DNA of 64,000 bases, taken from NCBI GenBank assembly GCA_051362555.1, contig CM120643.1:28276848-28340847 (forward strand). The letters run 5' to 3'. The position numbers and the translations under genes are program-made. Position 1 is the stretch's first letter. Every line of letters starts with the position of its first letter. This document shows, piece by piece, positions 1-59,072 of this stretch. Below the pieces are notes generated by a model. It made no database searches, was not told where the DNA came from, and was given only the letters and a program-made list of their open reading frames with translations. This DNA comes from Lingula anatina (lineage: Eukaryota > Animalia > Brachiopoda).

Positions 1-88
1 TAGCAATGCATGCCCTAGGACTTGCATTCCCAGGACTTAGTGTCCGGGCAGACTTGCGTTACTAGGACGTACACTCCTTCCACACCGG

Positions 89-452
89 CTTAAGCATCTG
101 TCCCACCTACTAAAAGCTGTAAGGGGGTAATTAACTGCCGTGCGCGCTCTGCTAACTGCAATTTAGCATGGACCCCCAGGGAGTTAGGTCGATCTACATG
201 GATCGATCTAAATCTATAGGAATGCAGTCTTAGACTGCGTTCCATACCTAGATCGATGTAACATGATCAATCTATCTCCCAACGGTTTCTCGCTTGCTAT
301 CAGCAATTAAGCTATCTGAAGCTGCTCAACGATATTCAATTACCCCTTAGCAGCTTCAGTAGGCGTTGCAGACATCTAAGCCGCTTAAGTTGTTTGTAAT
401 TTTGCGAGAATCTCCTCAGGGATAGGTCAATCCATAGTTAGTGCGACAGGGT
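89..452. mobile_element. Palindromic MITE-like repeat (related copy at ~50620-50835)
   Basis: Long imperfect inverted arms (cctactaaaagctgtaagggggtaattaa ... aattaccccttagcagcttcagtagg); homologous sequence recurs at 50620-50835. Confidence 0.5.
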
Positions 453-779
453 CTGAGAATGGTCCCTAAGATTCAAGAAACGTGCAATCCCATCAGGGAA
501 TTTAGAAATCAGTTTTGTTGTGCAGTAACAATCAGTGGGGAAATAGACTAGGGAAAAGGGGACACAATGCGTTGATTATAAACAGACCGTCTACAAAGGT
601 TGGCAAGTAGGATAACGGTTTTTGATTTAAGTATCAGAATAAGCATATGTGGGAGATGAGAGTCACTGATGTGGATAAACATGCCCACAACTAGTAATCA
701 ACAGTTACAAATAATTTTCATGGCTGCAATCTTGTTATTTTAGCATCAAAGCCTACATCACTGACTCCACACATTGGTT

Positions 780-46288
<45,509 letters not shown>

Positions 46289-46607
46289 GAACATATCCCC
46301 AAAGCATAATAAGGGTCCACCAGGACAAAATTGCATAATTTGTTTCCTATTACACTGCCTTGAAGTTTTCTAAGTATCATAGAAAAAAAAAGATATAAAT
46401 CCAAAATTACGATGAATATAAACACTGACATATATAACCTTGCCTCATATCACTGCTTTACCCATACTTAACGCCTGTTTATATGCATATCTTTATTTTT
46501 AATCAATTTAAAATGGTAACCAAGAGTTAGTAAAAAATGATTCTCGCCGCAGTTGGCTTATGTATTCAATTATTTCGCTTTTAGACATACTGTAGAGCTC
46601 ATTGCAA

Positions 46608-46638
<31 letters not shown>

Positions 46639-49138
46639 GTTGTCTTAGGTACCATGTTGTGTACAACTTTTGAAATTATACATATACATGGTTTCACTGC
46701 CATCAGTGTCAGGGCCACTGTGAAGCTAATTTGTTAACTATTCAAACCTTTTCACGGGATAGCTTCACAGTGGCCCTGAGGAACAGCAACAATGTTCTGT
46801 ATCTGTCAATCAAAAAGAACTTCTCTAAAGTGAATCTGCAGTTGAATGTCATTAGTCTAAAATGAAACGTAAAACAGATTTATTTTGCTTTATTTAATTT
46901 CATTTTCTAAATAAGGTGTAAAGTGAAAAATAAATAATATTTTAAAAAGAAAAGATATACCAATTTTTTTTTGTATTTTTGCCTATCAAAAAAAAGTACG
47001 AAATCAAGATCGAGCTGGCAAAACTGAAATCTGGAACCTAGAGTAGGTTTCACAAAATGACCGCCAAATCCATTAGAGAAATATAATTTATACCATTAAA
47101 AACTTTTTTCGTAATACATTTTTTTTTCACTTTTGGGTCACTGTCGGGGGAAGAAATGGGCAAGTATTAGGCAAGATAATACAATCCACTAACCACAAAT
47201 ATCACACTTATTCAAAGAAACAAGTCATTACCCAATGTTTGCGTTTTTATTCAGCTTCTTGATTTTTTTTTAATTTTACCAATTGTACGAACAATGTATA
47301 GAGGCTCCAGTTGATTACTACCAACTTCCCAACCCAGTGGTAGCCAACGCACACCATGCCAAGACTGCTATTCGGTGAGTCCTGTCCACCAGTGGTAGAT
47401 AATTGGGAATAAACTTGTCACCAACTGCCCTCCAAACCTTTAAGTGTCAATTTCTTCTGCCAACACTGAACCTGCTCTCATCTGAGAGCAGTAAACGCCT
47501 GTTTATATGCATCTCTTTATTTTTAATAAATTTAAAATGGCTCTCAGATGAGAACAGTATCATTGTTTAGTCATTGACTGCCTGGTGTCCGCTCGGGATA
47601 TCTGATACACCATCATAATCGTTGAAGACGGACCATTGCGGTGATCACTGTTCTTCTAACGTCACTCCTGCCTAAATAACTGTGGTTGTTCACGTGTCTT
47701 CCACCGGAAAACATAAAAACTTTTTTTTATGTCAAGTTGCATAATGTCATTAAACGTTCTATACGAGTAGGGGAATGATCATTTTCTCATCTCTGGGTGG
47801 GCCAAATAGGTTGGCCTGACCCAAGCAATCTTGCCAATATCCCTGTTTGGTAATGACGGTGATTTTAATAGAAAAGTCCAGTACAACATTGGTCAAAAAG
47901 GTTGCCCCACCCCCATCCCCATGTACTTTTATTTACAAATGATCACCTCAAAGCTGTAAATTGTTAGAAATAGTGCTTTTTTATTCCAGATACCATGTAT
48001 AACATGATTAATGGTTCAGAAAGTACAAAATAGTTTTGAAAATACACACATTTTATACCTTTTAGTCAATTGTCAATTTTATAACAGGTACCCCGTCAAA
48101 TCACATGTTTCCCTGTAATTTCCACAGATGAAACGTCTATTAAATTAAAAAAGTCGCCATCAAATGTCTCCAAATTTACACAAAATTAGCATTACTTGCC
48201 AGGCGAGAGGTGTGAGCAAGTGTGCAGTCATGATGAAGCCTGGAGTTAACCTCAAAGCCAGTTCTTGAAGATGGAGTGAGATATCAGCTGAGAATGCTAC
48301 GTTCGGTGATCCCACAGGCACCTGAACCTGGTCATCCATCACTGGAAGGAAGCCGGTTTTGATGTAGAATCAAGTTATTTCTTGTATCCCGTTGATGGTC
48401 AAATAAGGGTCCGTATATATGTTGAAAAATGCCTCTTGGAAGGGTTTGCACAGGATAATAAGGTGTTAGATCAGTCCGCATTTGAAGAACATTCCAAGCC
48501 CATGGTTTTAGTACATTAATATTGTTCATTTTGGAACAAAGCGTAACTGGGGCATTTTACTGTAAAATTCTCAGCAGAAATTTCACTCCATTTGCAAGAG
48601 ATGACTTTAGAGATGCTACCGGCTTCACTGTGACAAAGCACTTGCTCTCGGCTGGCAACATTATTAAAATAAAGAAGCCGTGACACCACCCCCTCCCCCC
48701 CCCTTCGGTCTCTGAAAAATATATCACACCAATATTCCCCTCTTAAAATTAGAATTTTAATTTGACTAGCTAAATCACAGTTCTAAACCGTACCAAAGGT
48801 ACTGTTTGCTCTCCAAAACACCGATCCCCACCCCCAGAGGGCGTTCCGTTCCGGACCCCCCCCCTCCAAATAAAATTAGATCCGCCCCTGCCCATAATGT
48901 TATGATCATGAGGACACCTTGAGACTTCATGTGCATTCACAGATTAAGAAAAGTGTCATTGTCAAAGAAGGCAATTGTCATTGTCAAATTCGAGAAAGCG
49001 AAGTTTCAGTTTTCGGGTAAATGCTCTTTCATGATATTAAACGTTTGAGAACGACTTGTTATCATTGTTGTCTGATCCGTGGTGGGTGCTAGGACCCAAT
49101 ATTCAGATACTGGGCCCTTATTAGCTAGTGAGGACCAG

Positions 49139-50377
49139 GGCCCTGTTGCACCAACCGGTCGTAAGTGAGGCGTAGCAGTTGCGCCGGCGTAAACCGGGCG
49201 CAAAATGCTACGCCCGAGAAAAGCCAGTTGCACCAAACTGGAGTAGTGTTTACGTCGGTCTTAACTTAGTCGTAAATTTACGCCTGCTAGTTAGGTGGAG
49301 TAAGTCGTTCGTAGCTCGTTTTCCACTATGGCTAGGCTGTGAGAGTTTGATGACAATTATCGTAGTTAACGTAGATTATGTGGGTTGTTTTTTGTTTATT
49401 TCTTACACAAAACTTCCGTCTGTATAGCTTGGTTTTTAAAAAACTAATTTTATACACTACATTACAAATACATTATGTGTGTAGCCATGTACATGTACAT
49501 GCATGCGTTCAAATTAAATCTTACCACTCATGTCGACACCCCTTAGCGCTCAGCAGTACGGTGTCTTTAATTCTTTTCACAATTTTTGACAAACCATAAC
49601 TAACCATAGTCATTTTTTATTCACATTTTATATCATTCATATTTTACTATATATAAACATAGAGACGAAAGCTTAAAATATCAACATTTTAAGGCTCATA
49701 TAATATGTATTAGGTCTCTTGTATTTCTCAATCTCCAAGATGTAAGCTCGATTGAATTAAATGGTACCTCACGGTGTAACCATAGATAAAAAAGGTCATG
49801 AAATTGTAGTAAAATTATAAAAAGAAAGCAATGCTGGCTTTTTTTATTATTTTCAGACTCAAATGTTCCAATAACAAATGTGAAAGTGTTCAAATCCATT
49901 ACTTAGAGAAATACGTACTGCCTCCAACGCGTTTTTTCTCATTTACAACAGCATACTATAATAGCATACATAGCATACTATAATAATATTTTGATTCGGA
50001 ATATATTGACGATTTTATTGCTATATATCCAAGGCAACAGCAAAGTTAACGTATTTTAACGTTCTTATTTCTAAATCAAAATGGAATAATGTAGCTCATG
50101 AATTTCTCCGTCACTGAAATGCTCCTTTTGTGTTTATTTATGTCATCATTCCATTATGACTGCAGCTGAGAACTCCTCATTTGCCCAATTATACCATCCA
50201 CGTATTGTTGGCCAGTGGCGCAACGGAGCGTTACTCGGGCGTAGTTACGACGATCAGTTTTTGTCTTGGTGCAACGGGCGTAAGCAGGGAGAGTAAACCT
50301 GGCGCATGGACGCCAGGCGTTGCGGTTTACGACAGTCGTAGCCGAGTAAATTTACGCCCTGTTGGTGCAACCGGGCC
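49139..50377. mobile_element. PIF/Harbinger-like MITE
   Basis: TIR ggccctgttgcaccaac / gttggtgcaaccgggcc, CAG TSD. Confidence 0.8.
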
Positions 50378-50489
50378 CAGGAGTGTAGCAGGCCGTGGAA
50401 CGCACTCGTACATGACGTGCTTGTATGTCGAATACAGCCCGGTCGAGTTTATACGTGCTAGCCGTGGTTTAATGCTTAGGGGACTTAGT

Positions 50490-53195
50490 CAGTATGTTAA
50501 TTTCCAATATTAATTTAACACTCCTCATCTCAGCAACTTATACACACACAGATAAGGGCATCTATACCAACAACTTGTCGTTCAGGAGAACTTAAATGTT
50601 CGTTCCCAATCATTCTCTTAGACCCCATTCCCAGAGATTAGATCGATTCAAACTAGATCGACCTAACTCCCTGGGGGTTCACGCTAAATAGCTGTCAGCC
50701 GAGCAGGCACGAAAGTTAATTACCCCCTTACAGCTTGTAGTAGGCGGGACGGACATTTAAGCAGGATTATCTGACAGTAATCTAGTGATACTCCCCACGG
50801 GGATAGATCGATCTAAAATCTATGAGAAAGCGCCCTTAAACTCATTGGAGGATAGTGGTCACACGTTTTAACTTCATTTCTATACAGTATTCAAGCTTTA
50901 TATGCCTCACAAAGCTTTCGGTTTTCGGTCACATCCTGAACATTCTCAATGTATGCTGTTACAAACTATAAAGCTTCAGTGCTGGGTAGAACATGGGATA
51001 TTTTATGTTCGATATTACTAGACAGCAAGGATGGATTCCATCAGAATATCGGAGGATCATGATAGAAAAGAGGGGACGGGGCATTAATGTCCTCGCGACG
51101 TGGTCAAATGTTCAAATGTTCATGAAGCCAAATTAATTATTAATATTTCACGGTGAGAGAAAAATGATCGAAACATTTAAATGGGCCTTTTGTAATGGGG
51201 GTATCAATAAACGGATATATTCAGATGAGAACGACAGTCATTGGTTGGTTTGTCGTCTGCCATATGTATCAAGTAAAATAGATTTGCTGATTTGCTTGTC
51301 AGTTCAATTAACATATGCATTGCAGTTTGAAAATATGATGACCTAATTTCATATCGTATTTTGTATATAAATAACAGACAACTTGCCTTCATTGCCTGGG
51401 TCAAAGTTAGAGAGGTCGTTAACAAACGCATTTCCATTAGTCTTACTGGTAGCTTCATATTTCCCTAAGCATTATACAGGTAGGACTGTATCAATATACA
51501 TGTGATCTAAATAAATGCTCAGGAGACGAATGTTGCTATGTTAGTTTTGGATATTAGTAGAAGTGTGCAACTTTGGCTTACTAGGTTTTTGGATTTCTGA
51601 GTACCTTATAGCTTACAATAGAATGAAAACAGCATTTCTTTTGTTTTATTGGGCAACTTCAACTTACAATAGAGTGTGTCATCAATGAAGACAGCTTTTT
51701 TTTGGGGGGGTGGGGGGTGGGGGGCAACTTCTACATACAATAGATCGAGTGTGTCATCAGTGAATCTTATTCATATTTTGGATTTCTGACCACCTTATAA
51801 GCGTTATACAGGTATCAATAACTGTTTAAAGAGATTTGACTGTATCAACATACATTTGATCTAAATAAATGCTCAGGAGACGAATTTTGCTATGTTAGTT
51901 GTGGATATTAATCCACCAATCCACGAGTTTTGATAATATGATGATAATAGAAAGAATATTGCGTATAAAGTACAGAAAAACAGAAAGCTTCTAATCACTG
52001 TCAGAATTATTGTTAGAGAGGTTGTGAACAAATTAAATTTCCATTAGTCTTACTGGATGTTTCATATTTTCCTTAGAGTTATATGCTGGTATCCATTACC
52101 ATTTAAAGCGGTAGGGCTTCATCAACTCACAGTTGAAATAGGTATATTGATCAATGATGCTAAAATATGCTTAAAGTACACAATAAGTGATAGATATGAT
52201 ACAGTACGAGTCGCCGAGCTGTACGTAAAATATCACTCATGTATTGTCGAGCCGTAGGCGCAGCAGTTTAGATACTGCAGGAGTTCCCACAAAACACTAC
52301 TTCTCTCCCATCAGTGGCAGATTTAGAGGGGGTCAGGAGGTCCTGACCCCCTGCGGTTTCTGAAAAATACATCACATCAATATCCCTCTCTTAAAATTAG
52401 AATTTTGACTAGCTAAATCACAGCGTTATATACTGGTACATGTGTATCCATTACCATTGAAAACATTAGGGCTTCATCAATGCACAGTTGGGCAAATTGA
52501 TCAATGATGGTCAAAATATACTAAAAATACACAATAATGCTTAGGAGACGTAGTCTGTATGTTAATTTCCGATGTTAATTCAACACTCCTCATGCCAGCA
52601 ATTTATACACACATTCACATATAACGACATCTATACCAACAACTTGTCTTTCAGGAGGAACTTTAAATGTTTATTCTCAATTATTCTCTTAAATTCATTG
52701 GAGGATAGTGGTCATACGTCTTAACTTCATTTCTACGCAATATTCAAGTTAGATATTCCTCACAAAGCTTTGGGTTTTTGGTCACATCCTGGACATCCTC
52801 AGTGTATGCTGTTACAAAGTAGAAAGCTTCAATGCTGTGTATAACATGGAGTATTTTATGTTCGATATTACTATAGTGCAAGGATGAATTTCATCAGAAT
52901 ATCGTAGGATTGTGATAGAAAAGAGGGGACGGGGCATTAATGTCCTCGCAACGTGGTCAAATGTTCAATGATGTTAAAACTGCAGATACTCATGAAGCCA
53001 AATTAATTATTGATGTTTCACGATGAGAGAAAAATGATCGAAGCATTGAAATAGGCATTTGGTAATGGGGGTATCAATAAACGGATACATTCTGATGAGA
53101 ACGACAGTCATTGGTTGGTTTGTCGTCTGCCACGTGTGTCACCACGGACGACAAGACACGTACTGGTAGTGTATCAAGTAAAATAGATTTACTGA
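50490..53195 (+). repeat. Local direct duplication (~50490-51290 vs ~52557-53195) upstream of gene 2
   Basis: Colinear shared blocks such as catctataccaacaacttgtc and gaaaagaggggacggggcattaatgtcctcgc; the first copy has a MITE insertion and lacks the exon donor. Confidence 0.8.
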
Positions 53196-53231
53196 CAAGT
53201 TTCATTCCGATCAGACTGCAGTGTAAACAAG
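53150..53231 (+). other. Probable non-coding first exon of gene 2
   Basis: Strong donor aag|gtaagt at 53231, ~600 nt before the signal exon acceptor; start not determinable. Confidence 0.4.
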
Positions 53232-53875
53232 GTAAGTTTTATCTTGACGGAAATTTATTTTACCATTACGAGTCTCACTTTTGATTTATGATGAAGATAA
53301 CTGTTGTGTTATATAAATTACTGTGTACATATTATATGTATTACCTGCTGTACAAAATTTAACAAAAATTAACCATAACCTTATAAGCGTCATCGTAAGT
53401 GGCCTTAACGCACATGTTACCTTAAATTCTGTTTAAACTTATCGCACAGGACATACAAATATCATTGCCAATTGAACATTATTCAATGAATTGGTTCCGC
53501 ATCCAAAGCGTGATTTCCCTAGCTAGGTATACCAATGGTTTTGTGAAAATTGCCACCGTGAAATTTACAGAAGCGAATACATGAATTTTCAAAAAAATCA
53601 TGGAGTTTAGAAACCAGTTTGGTTGTGCAGTTACAATTAGTGGGGAAATAGACATGGGGAAAGGGGACACAATGGGTTGATTATAAACAGACCGTTTACA
53701 AATGTTGGCAAGTAGGATAGCGGTTTTTGATTTAAGTATCAGAATAAGCATATGTAGGAGACTGACGTGGATAAACATGCCCACAACTAGTAGTCAACAG
53801 TAACAAATAATTTTCATGGCTGCAATCTTGTTATTTTAGCATCAAAGCCTACATCACTGACTCTGCTCACTGGTT

Positions 53876-53948
53876 ATGGGATTGTTGATGTTCTCCACCC
53901 TTGTTCTTGCATTGATGGCTAGTGGCGTCGTTTATTCCACGGATTCCA
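53876..53948 (+). CDS. Signal peptide exon of paralogous gene 2 (MGLLMFSTLVLALMASGVVYSTDS)
   Basis: Homologous to 780-852 together with flanking introns (~485-1210 vs ~53580-54305); phase-1 gtaagt. Confidence 0.8.
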
Positions 53949-54252
53949 GTAAGTCAAGGGCTCAATGAGAAAATATTTCTTTTATTTTTAGAACCGGGAA
54001 TGAAATTGGACAATTGTAGAGCACCAATTGCGCGTATTAACAAGTGTCTGATGCACAGGAATATTTTGAATTAAAATTCATCAATTCCAGTAGACTTATT
54101 ATTAGATTATGACATGTGATACTGTAAGAATGTTAATAAATCAATGATTAATTTCAATCCATAATAAAATACGTGCATTTCAGAAAGGTGAACTATCCAA
54201 ACTGATAGAGAATGCCCAACATGTAATTGCCTTTGCGAATTTTCTTTTTCAG

Positions 54253-54375
54253 TCGGGTGCAATCCTAACCCTTGCGAACATGGTGGGACATGCATACCTA
54301 ACGATGATCCTGCATCCGCGTTCAAATACTGGTGCGAATGTCCCTCTTACGCTTCCGGATACAGGTGCAACATAG
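54253..54375 (+). CDS. Intact EGF-domain exon of gene 2 (GCNPNPCEHGGTCIPNDDPASAFKYWCECPSYASGYRCNI)
   Basis: 6-Cys EGF pattern, 123 nt, phase 1-1, ttttcag / gtaagt. Confidence 0.85.
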   Translation, partial: SGAILTLANMVGHAYLTMILHPRSNTGANVPLTLPDTGAT

Positions 54376-54393
54376 GTAAGTGGTCCCACTTAA

Positions 54394-54681
54394 AGCCTCG
54401 GTCACAACCGGACGCACGAATTTCAGGATCGTACTTCTCCTGCGATTTTTGGGTGTTGCGGAGGCCGTGGAGGTAGTTGAGGTAGCGGAAAGTCTGCCTT
54501 GCGAGAGGCAAGGGCCACATGAGATGTCTTTTCACGCAGGGACGCTAATTGCAAGGAGCGATGGCCGTGGAAATTGTACTCATTTCCTGAGTTTGTCTTT
54601 TTTTATATAATTTTTATTCAGCGATAATGTAAACTGTGTACAGAACAGAGATAATTCAATAATCGCTATTTTAGTTGTACT

Positions 54682-54727
<46 letters not shown>

Positions 54728-57700
54728 TTTCTATCATATTACACAAATAGGTTTCACTGGTCATAGCTAGACAATCTTTGTGTATTTTAACACCGTTTTG
54801 ATTGAAAAGCAAACACTGACACAATATTAGTTATACATCTTGATTTGAGTCTTCAATTACTTTCAGTAACACAGACTTAAGTTCTGGTTTGAGAGTTAAT
54901 TTAGAATTTTCTCTACCACTTCTGAATATGAAAAATTTAGTATGAAGCAAAATTAAGTTTTTAACATTATTCTTACTACCAAAAATAAATTCAAAAGACA
55001 CAATTTTTATAACAAAACCTGTAGTTTGTCTTAACCAATGTTCAACTTCAGTCCAAAATGTTTTCACTAATTCACAGTCAACAAAAAGATGCTTTATAGT
55101 TTCACAGTAACAATACAGAAAACTGCAGCAGGTATTCTCTACCATATGACATTTAAACAGCAAGTCTTTGGTGCCCAAGATTCTGTGAATTATTCTATAG
55201 TTGAATCATTTCAACCTTACTTCTTTAACTTTAATCAAGGCATTTTTGTATGTTTGTTGTCATTCTATTTTACTACCCAGGTCTTGTTCCCATTTTTGTT
55301 CACATTTCGGCATTTGTCCTAGTCCTTTTATGTATATGTTATATATTCTTCGACAACCTTTTTTATCTTTACATGCCGTAGTGTTTGGATTGTACTTGGG
55401 ACTTGTGGTAATGGCAGCATAACATTTGCACTTAGATGTCTAAGCACAGGATAAGCACCAAAGATTGCTTCTTTTAAACCATAATGTAGGGTAAAAGGTA
55501 TCCGAATTCCCATGTCACCAACAAGATATTCTAATAAAAAAAAAAAAATCTCTCACTACTGACTAAATCTTTGATAATATGGAAACCTTGTCAAACATAT
55601 TATTATCGTACATTCTTCTGTTATCTGATAATAGAGCAGAATTATACCATATTGGAGCTCTCAAAAGTTTAGCTTTGCTATTGTTTGCCATTTTTTCTGA
55701 GAATTCTGAAAAATATACAAGAATTTCTTTCCAAAACAGATTGCCTTTTTGAGATCATTCGTGTGTGTGTATTTGTCCAAACTGAGTCAATCTGCGAATA
55801 TCCAATCCAGTGGCTTCAGAAAATAGTTTACTCGTGACTTTATCATTGGTTATCAGTCTGCGTATCCATATAAGTTTTAAGGCTCTTACAAAGGACTTAA
55901 AGTTTGTCATGCCACAACCACCCTGATTATAATTCTGAATGAGTGTTTTGCGGGCTACTTTTCAACTTTACCATGCCAAATAAATTTAAATAACAAACTT
56001 TCTAAATTTTGGAGCCTCTCTTTACTAGGGCTCGGGAGTGAAAGCAGCAGGTGTGTTATTTTGGGATAAGTAAAGACTTCGCAACTGTAATTTTACCTAA
56101 AGTAGTAATATTTCTTTTTCCCCACTGATTAATTTCAGATTCTATTTGCTGAAGCTTGGTGGTGTAATTCAACTCTTCCATTTGATTTAAATCAGAAGTA
56201 AAAATTATACCTAATATATTGAATGGATCACATGTCCATTTAAGATTATCATTTTTACACATTATCTCTTTACTGTTGGCCTTTGATCCAATCCATATAG
56301 CTTTGTTTTACTTACGTTAGGCTTAAGACCAGAATACTTAGAGCACTGCAATAGTAAGACAAGTGCACTCTTTAAGCTTTTTTTAGAACCATCTAGAAAA
56401 AGCACAGTTTCGTCTGCGTACTGAGACAATTTGACTTTTACCCTTCCCAAATTTATTCTTTTTATATTATTGTTTTGTCTTATAAGAATAGCCAAGATCT
56501 CTACACATAAGTTAAAAATATAAGGTGAGGCAGGGTCCCCCTGTCTACAGCCTCTACCAATCTTAAAGAAATTGGAAAAGATACCATGTTGTTTCACACA
56601 TAGTTCAGGATTATTATATAAAATGCTGATCCATTTATTTAGGTCGTCACCAAAATAAAAGAATAAAGTCCCAAGATATGCTATCGAAAGCTTTAAGAAA
56701 ATCGACCAAAAATATCATTCCTGGAATTTTTTTATCTTTTGTAATTTGTAAAATATCGTAAACAATTCTGGTATTTTCTCCGATATATCTGTCCTTTAAA
56801 AATCCAGTTTGATTTTCATGTATGAGTAAATGTAAAACTTTTCTAACTTGTTAGAAATATAAACTAAGAGAATCTTATATGAAACATTCAAAAGAGATAT
56901 TGGTCCCCAACTTTCCAGAAATTCCCTTGGTTTATCCCCTTTCGGTAAAATAGATAGTATACCCCTTGTTTTTGAGTAATAGATAGTTGGCCTATGACGA
57001 ACCCATAATTGTATGACCTCAAAAGAAAAGTTCCTATATCCTTCCAAAAAAATTTTAAAAATTCGACTGAGAAAACATCGGGACCGGGTGACTTATTGTT
57101 TTTCCTGAGTTTGTCTTGCTTCCTGTGTACGCGTAACACACTCACCATTTACGGAGGGAATGCAACGCACGGCAATAGTAGTGCTCTTTTACGTCAGTTT
57201 TACTTCACACTTGCCTCAACGTTTATGGTGAAGTACTGACGGCGTACGTCAGGTTTGCTTCCTGTTCTCCTCTTCTTTCTTCTCCCTCCCTTTTTTTCTA
57301 CTATGTAAGCTTCTTTCTCTTGCCATTTGGAGGCATATCAGACACTAAATTGAGCAAAAATTTGAAAATTTTGAAAATTGTTATACACGTTACACAGTCG
57401 ACGTTCATTGTAAAGACACGAGCGTGCGTCGTGAGCACGCCTTTTATTCAGTACACCAGGCGTGGGGGTGACGCACGTGCGACGCATTCCCGGCTTGCTC
57501 TCGACTTTGTTCGTTAGTTGTGAGAACGTGTGCCTTACTCAACACGCAAAGGGCACTTGATCCTTCATTGCTTGCGACGTGCGCCTTGCACAACGCGCGT
57601 CTCTCTTGTTAACTCCGTGCGAGGGGAGCAAGTTACGCTTGCGGCCTCGCTGTTCGCAGGCTATTCGTGGCATATTTTGGACATGTCCAACATCCTCCGT

Positions 57701-57787
57701 TCGTGCTTACGGGCTGTCTGTGAACTCGAAATTGCGTAAGAAGGACTTGCGTGGGACGTGAGATTCTGCGCACCTGTGGCCGAGGTT
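54394..57787. mobile_element. TTAA-flanked MITE (Harbinger/Kolobok-type) split by an L1 insertion
   Basis: agcctcggtcaca / tgtggccgaggtt, ttaa on both sides. Confidence 0.65.
54600..57100 (-). mobile_element. 5'-truncated decayed L1/Tx1 LINE
   Basis: NNKSPGPD, RQGDPASP, QYADET, CETIKHLFVDC fragments; 17-bp TSD tttcctgagtttgtctt at 54583-54599 and 57101-57117. Confidence 0.9.
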
Positions 57788-57950
57788 TTAAGTTTGCATG
57801 CCTGGCGACTGCTTAAAGACTGTGTACTTTGGAGGTATTAGTTGTATATTGTTTTGCAGCAAAATATCAGAACACAGTTAGGGAGTTATGGGGGAGGAAA
57901 TTATATATATATATCTTACTCCTCACCCTCGCTTTATATATTTTGAAAAG

Positions 57951-58127
57951 ATGCTCAAATGTCCATCGTGCGCAAAAACATTCTCCAGAAAGGACAACTT
58001 GGATAGACACGTAATGAGTGTACACCAGGCGAAAGCTGAGCTTAATCTGCAGGCGGGTAGTGAGTGTGGACCCCATTTACTGCCATGGTGACTGGAAAAT
58101 CGAATTTCGTGAAACGATTGATTGCAC
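57951..58127 (+). pseudogene. C2H2 zinc finger followed by the degenerate N-terminus of a Polinton-type ATPase
   Basis: CPSCAKTFSRKDNLDRHVMSVH; PFTAMVTGKSNFVKRLI (shortened Walker A). Confidence 0.55.
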
Positions 58128-59041
58128 ACTCCCATACGTTGTGCCATAAGTATATGGATGACACAACAGTTTCTGAGATCCTTAGACAATTCGATGAAAG
58201 CAAATTACAGGAGATCGCTGACTCAGCATTGGACTGGTCTAGGACAAACAACATGCAATTAAACAGGAAAAAAACCAAACAAATGGCCATATCATTTAAA
58301 CGCAAGAATGCAGATATCCCTAAGCTCGTTATTGACAAAACAGATATTGAATTTGTAGAATCATTTAAATTGCTTGGAGTGCATGTCTCTAATGACCTCA
58401 CATGGAAGGTACATGTAGACAAAATCACTAAAAAAGCAAGCAAAATGATTTATTTCCTACAGCACCTTAAGCGTACAGGCCTTACAACTGATGACCTTGT
58501 AATTTATTACCAGACGGTCATAAGGCCAGTTTTGGAATATGCTGTCCCTGTCTGGCACTTTGGGTTAACGAATGAATTGACTGCCCTGGTAGAAAAGTCC
58601 CAAGGATGAGCTCTTAAGATAATTTATCCTGATCTTGAATATGACGCTGCTTGTGAACATAGTAAACTTGAACTACTGAGTGAAAGACGGCTCAATACAT
58701 GCAAAAAATTGTTTATTAGTATATCAATTGAACCGGATCATAGACTGCATTACATTTTACAGCCAAAACAAAATGTCAAATATTCATTAAGGAAACAGGA
58801 AACATTCAGAAGACCTAAAATTAAAACCAAACGTTCAATGAGTGACTTTTTAATAAGTGCCATATACAAGTTTCAAAATTAGCTGGTATATTTTTATTTC
58901 TTTTTTTAACCTTGCATTTTAGATATTTTGTTTACAATTTGCTTACATACGTATTTTAATATTCCTTTATTCTTACTTACTAATGGTTTTATCCAACTAC
59001 GATGCAATGGTTGTAATTATCCAACCCTCGGGTTGCAAGTT

Positions 59042-59071
<30 letters not shown>
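58128..59071 (+). mobile_element. 5'-truncated L2/CR1-group LINE with (TAA)n tail
   Basis: KYMDDTT, FKLLGV, IRPVLEYAVPVWH; tail 59045-59071. Confidence 0.8.

Positions 59072-59072
<1 letters not shown>

Noticed and set aside
47290-47380. Possible extra exon ending in gtgagt
   Set aside because: Downstream of the gene 1 stop, no recognisable domain and weak acceptor support
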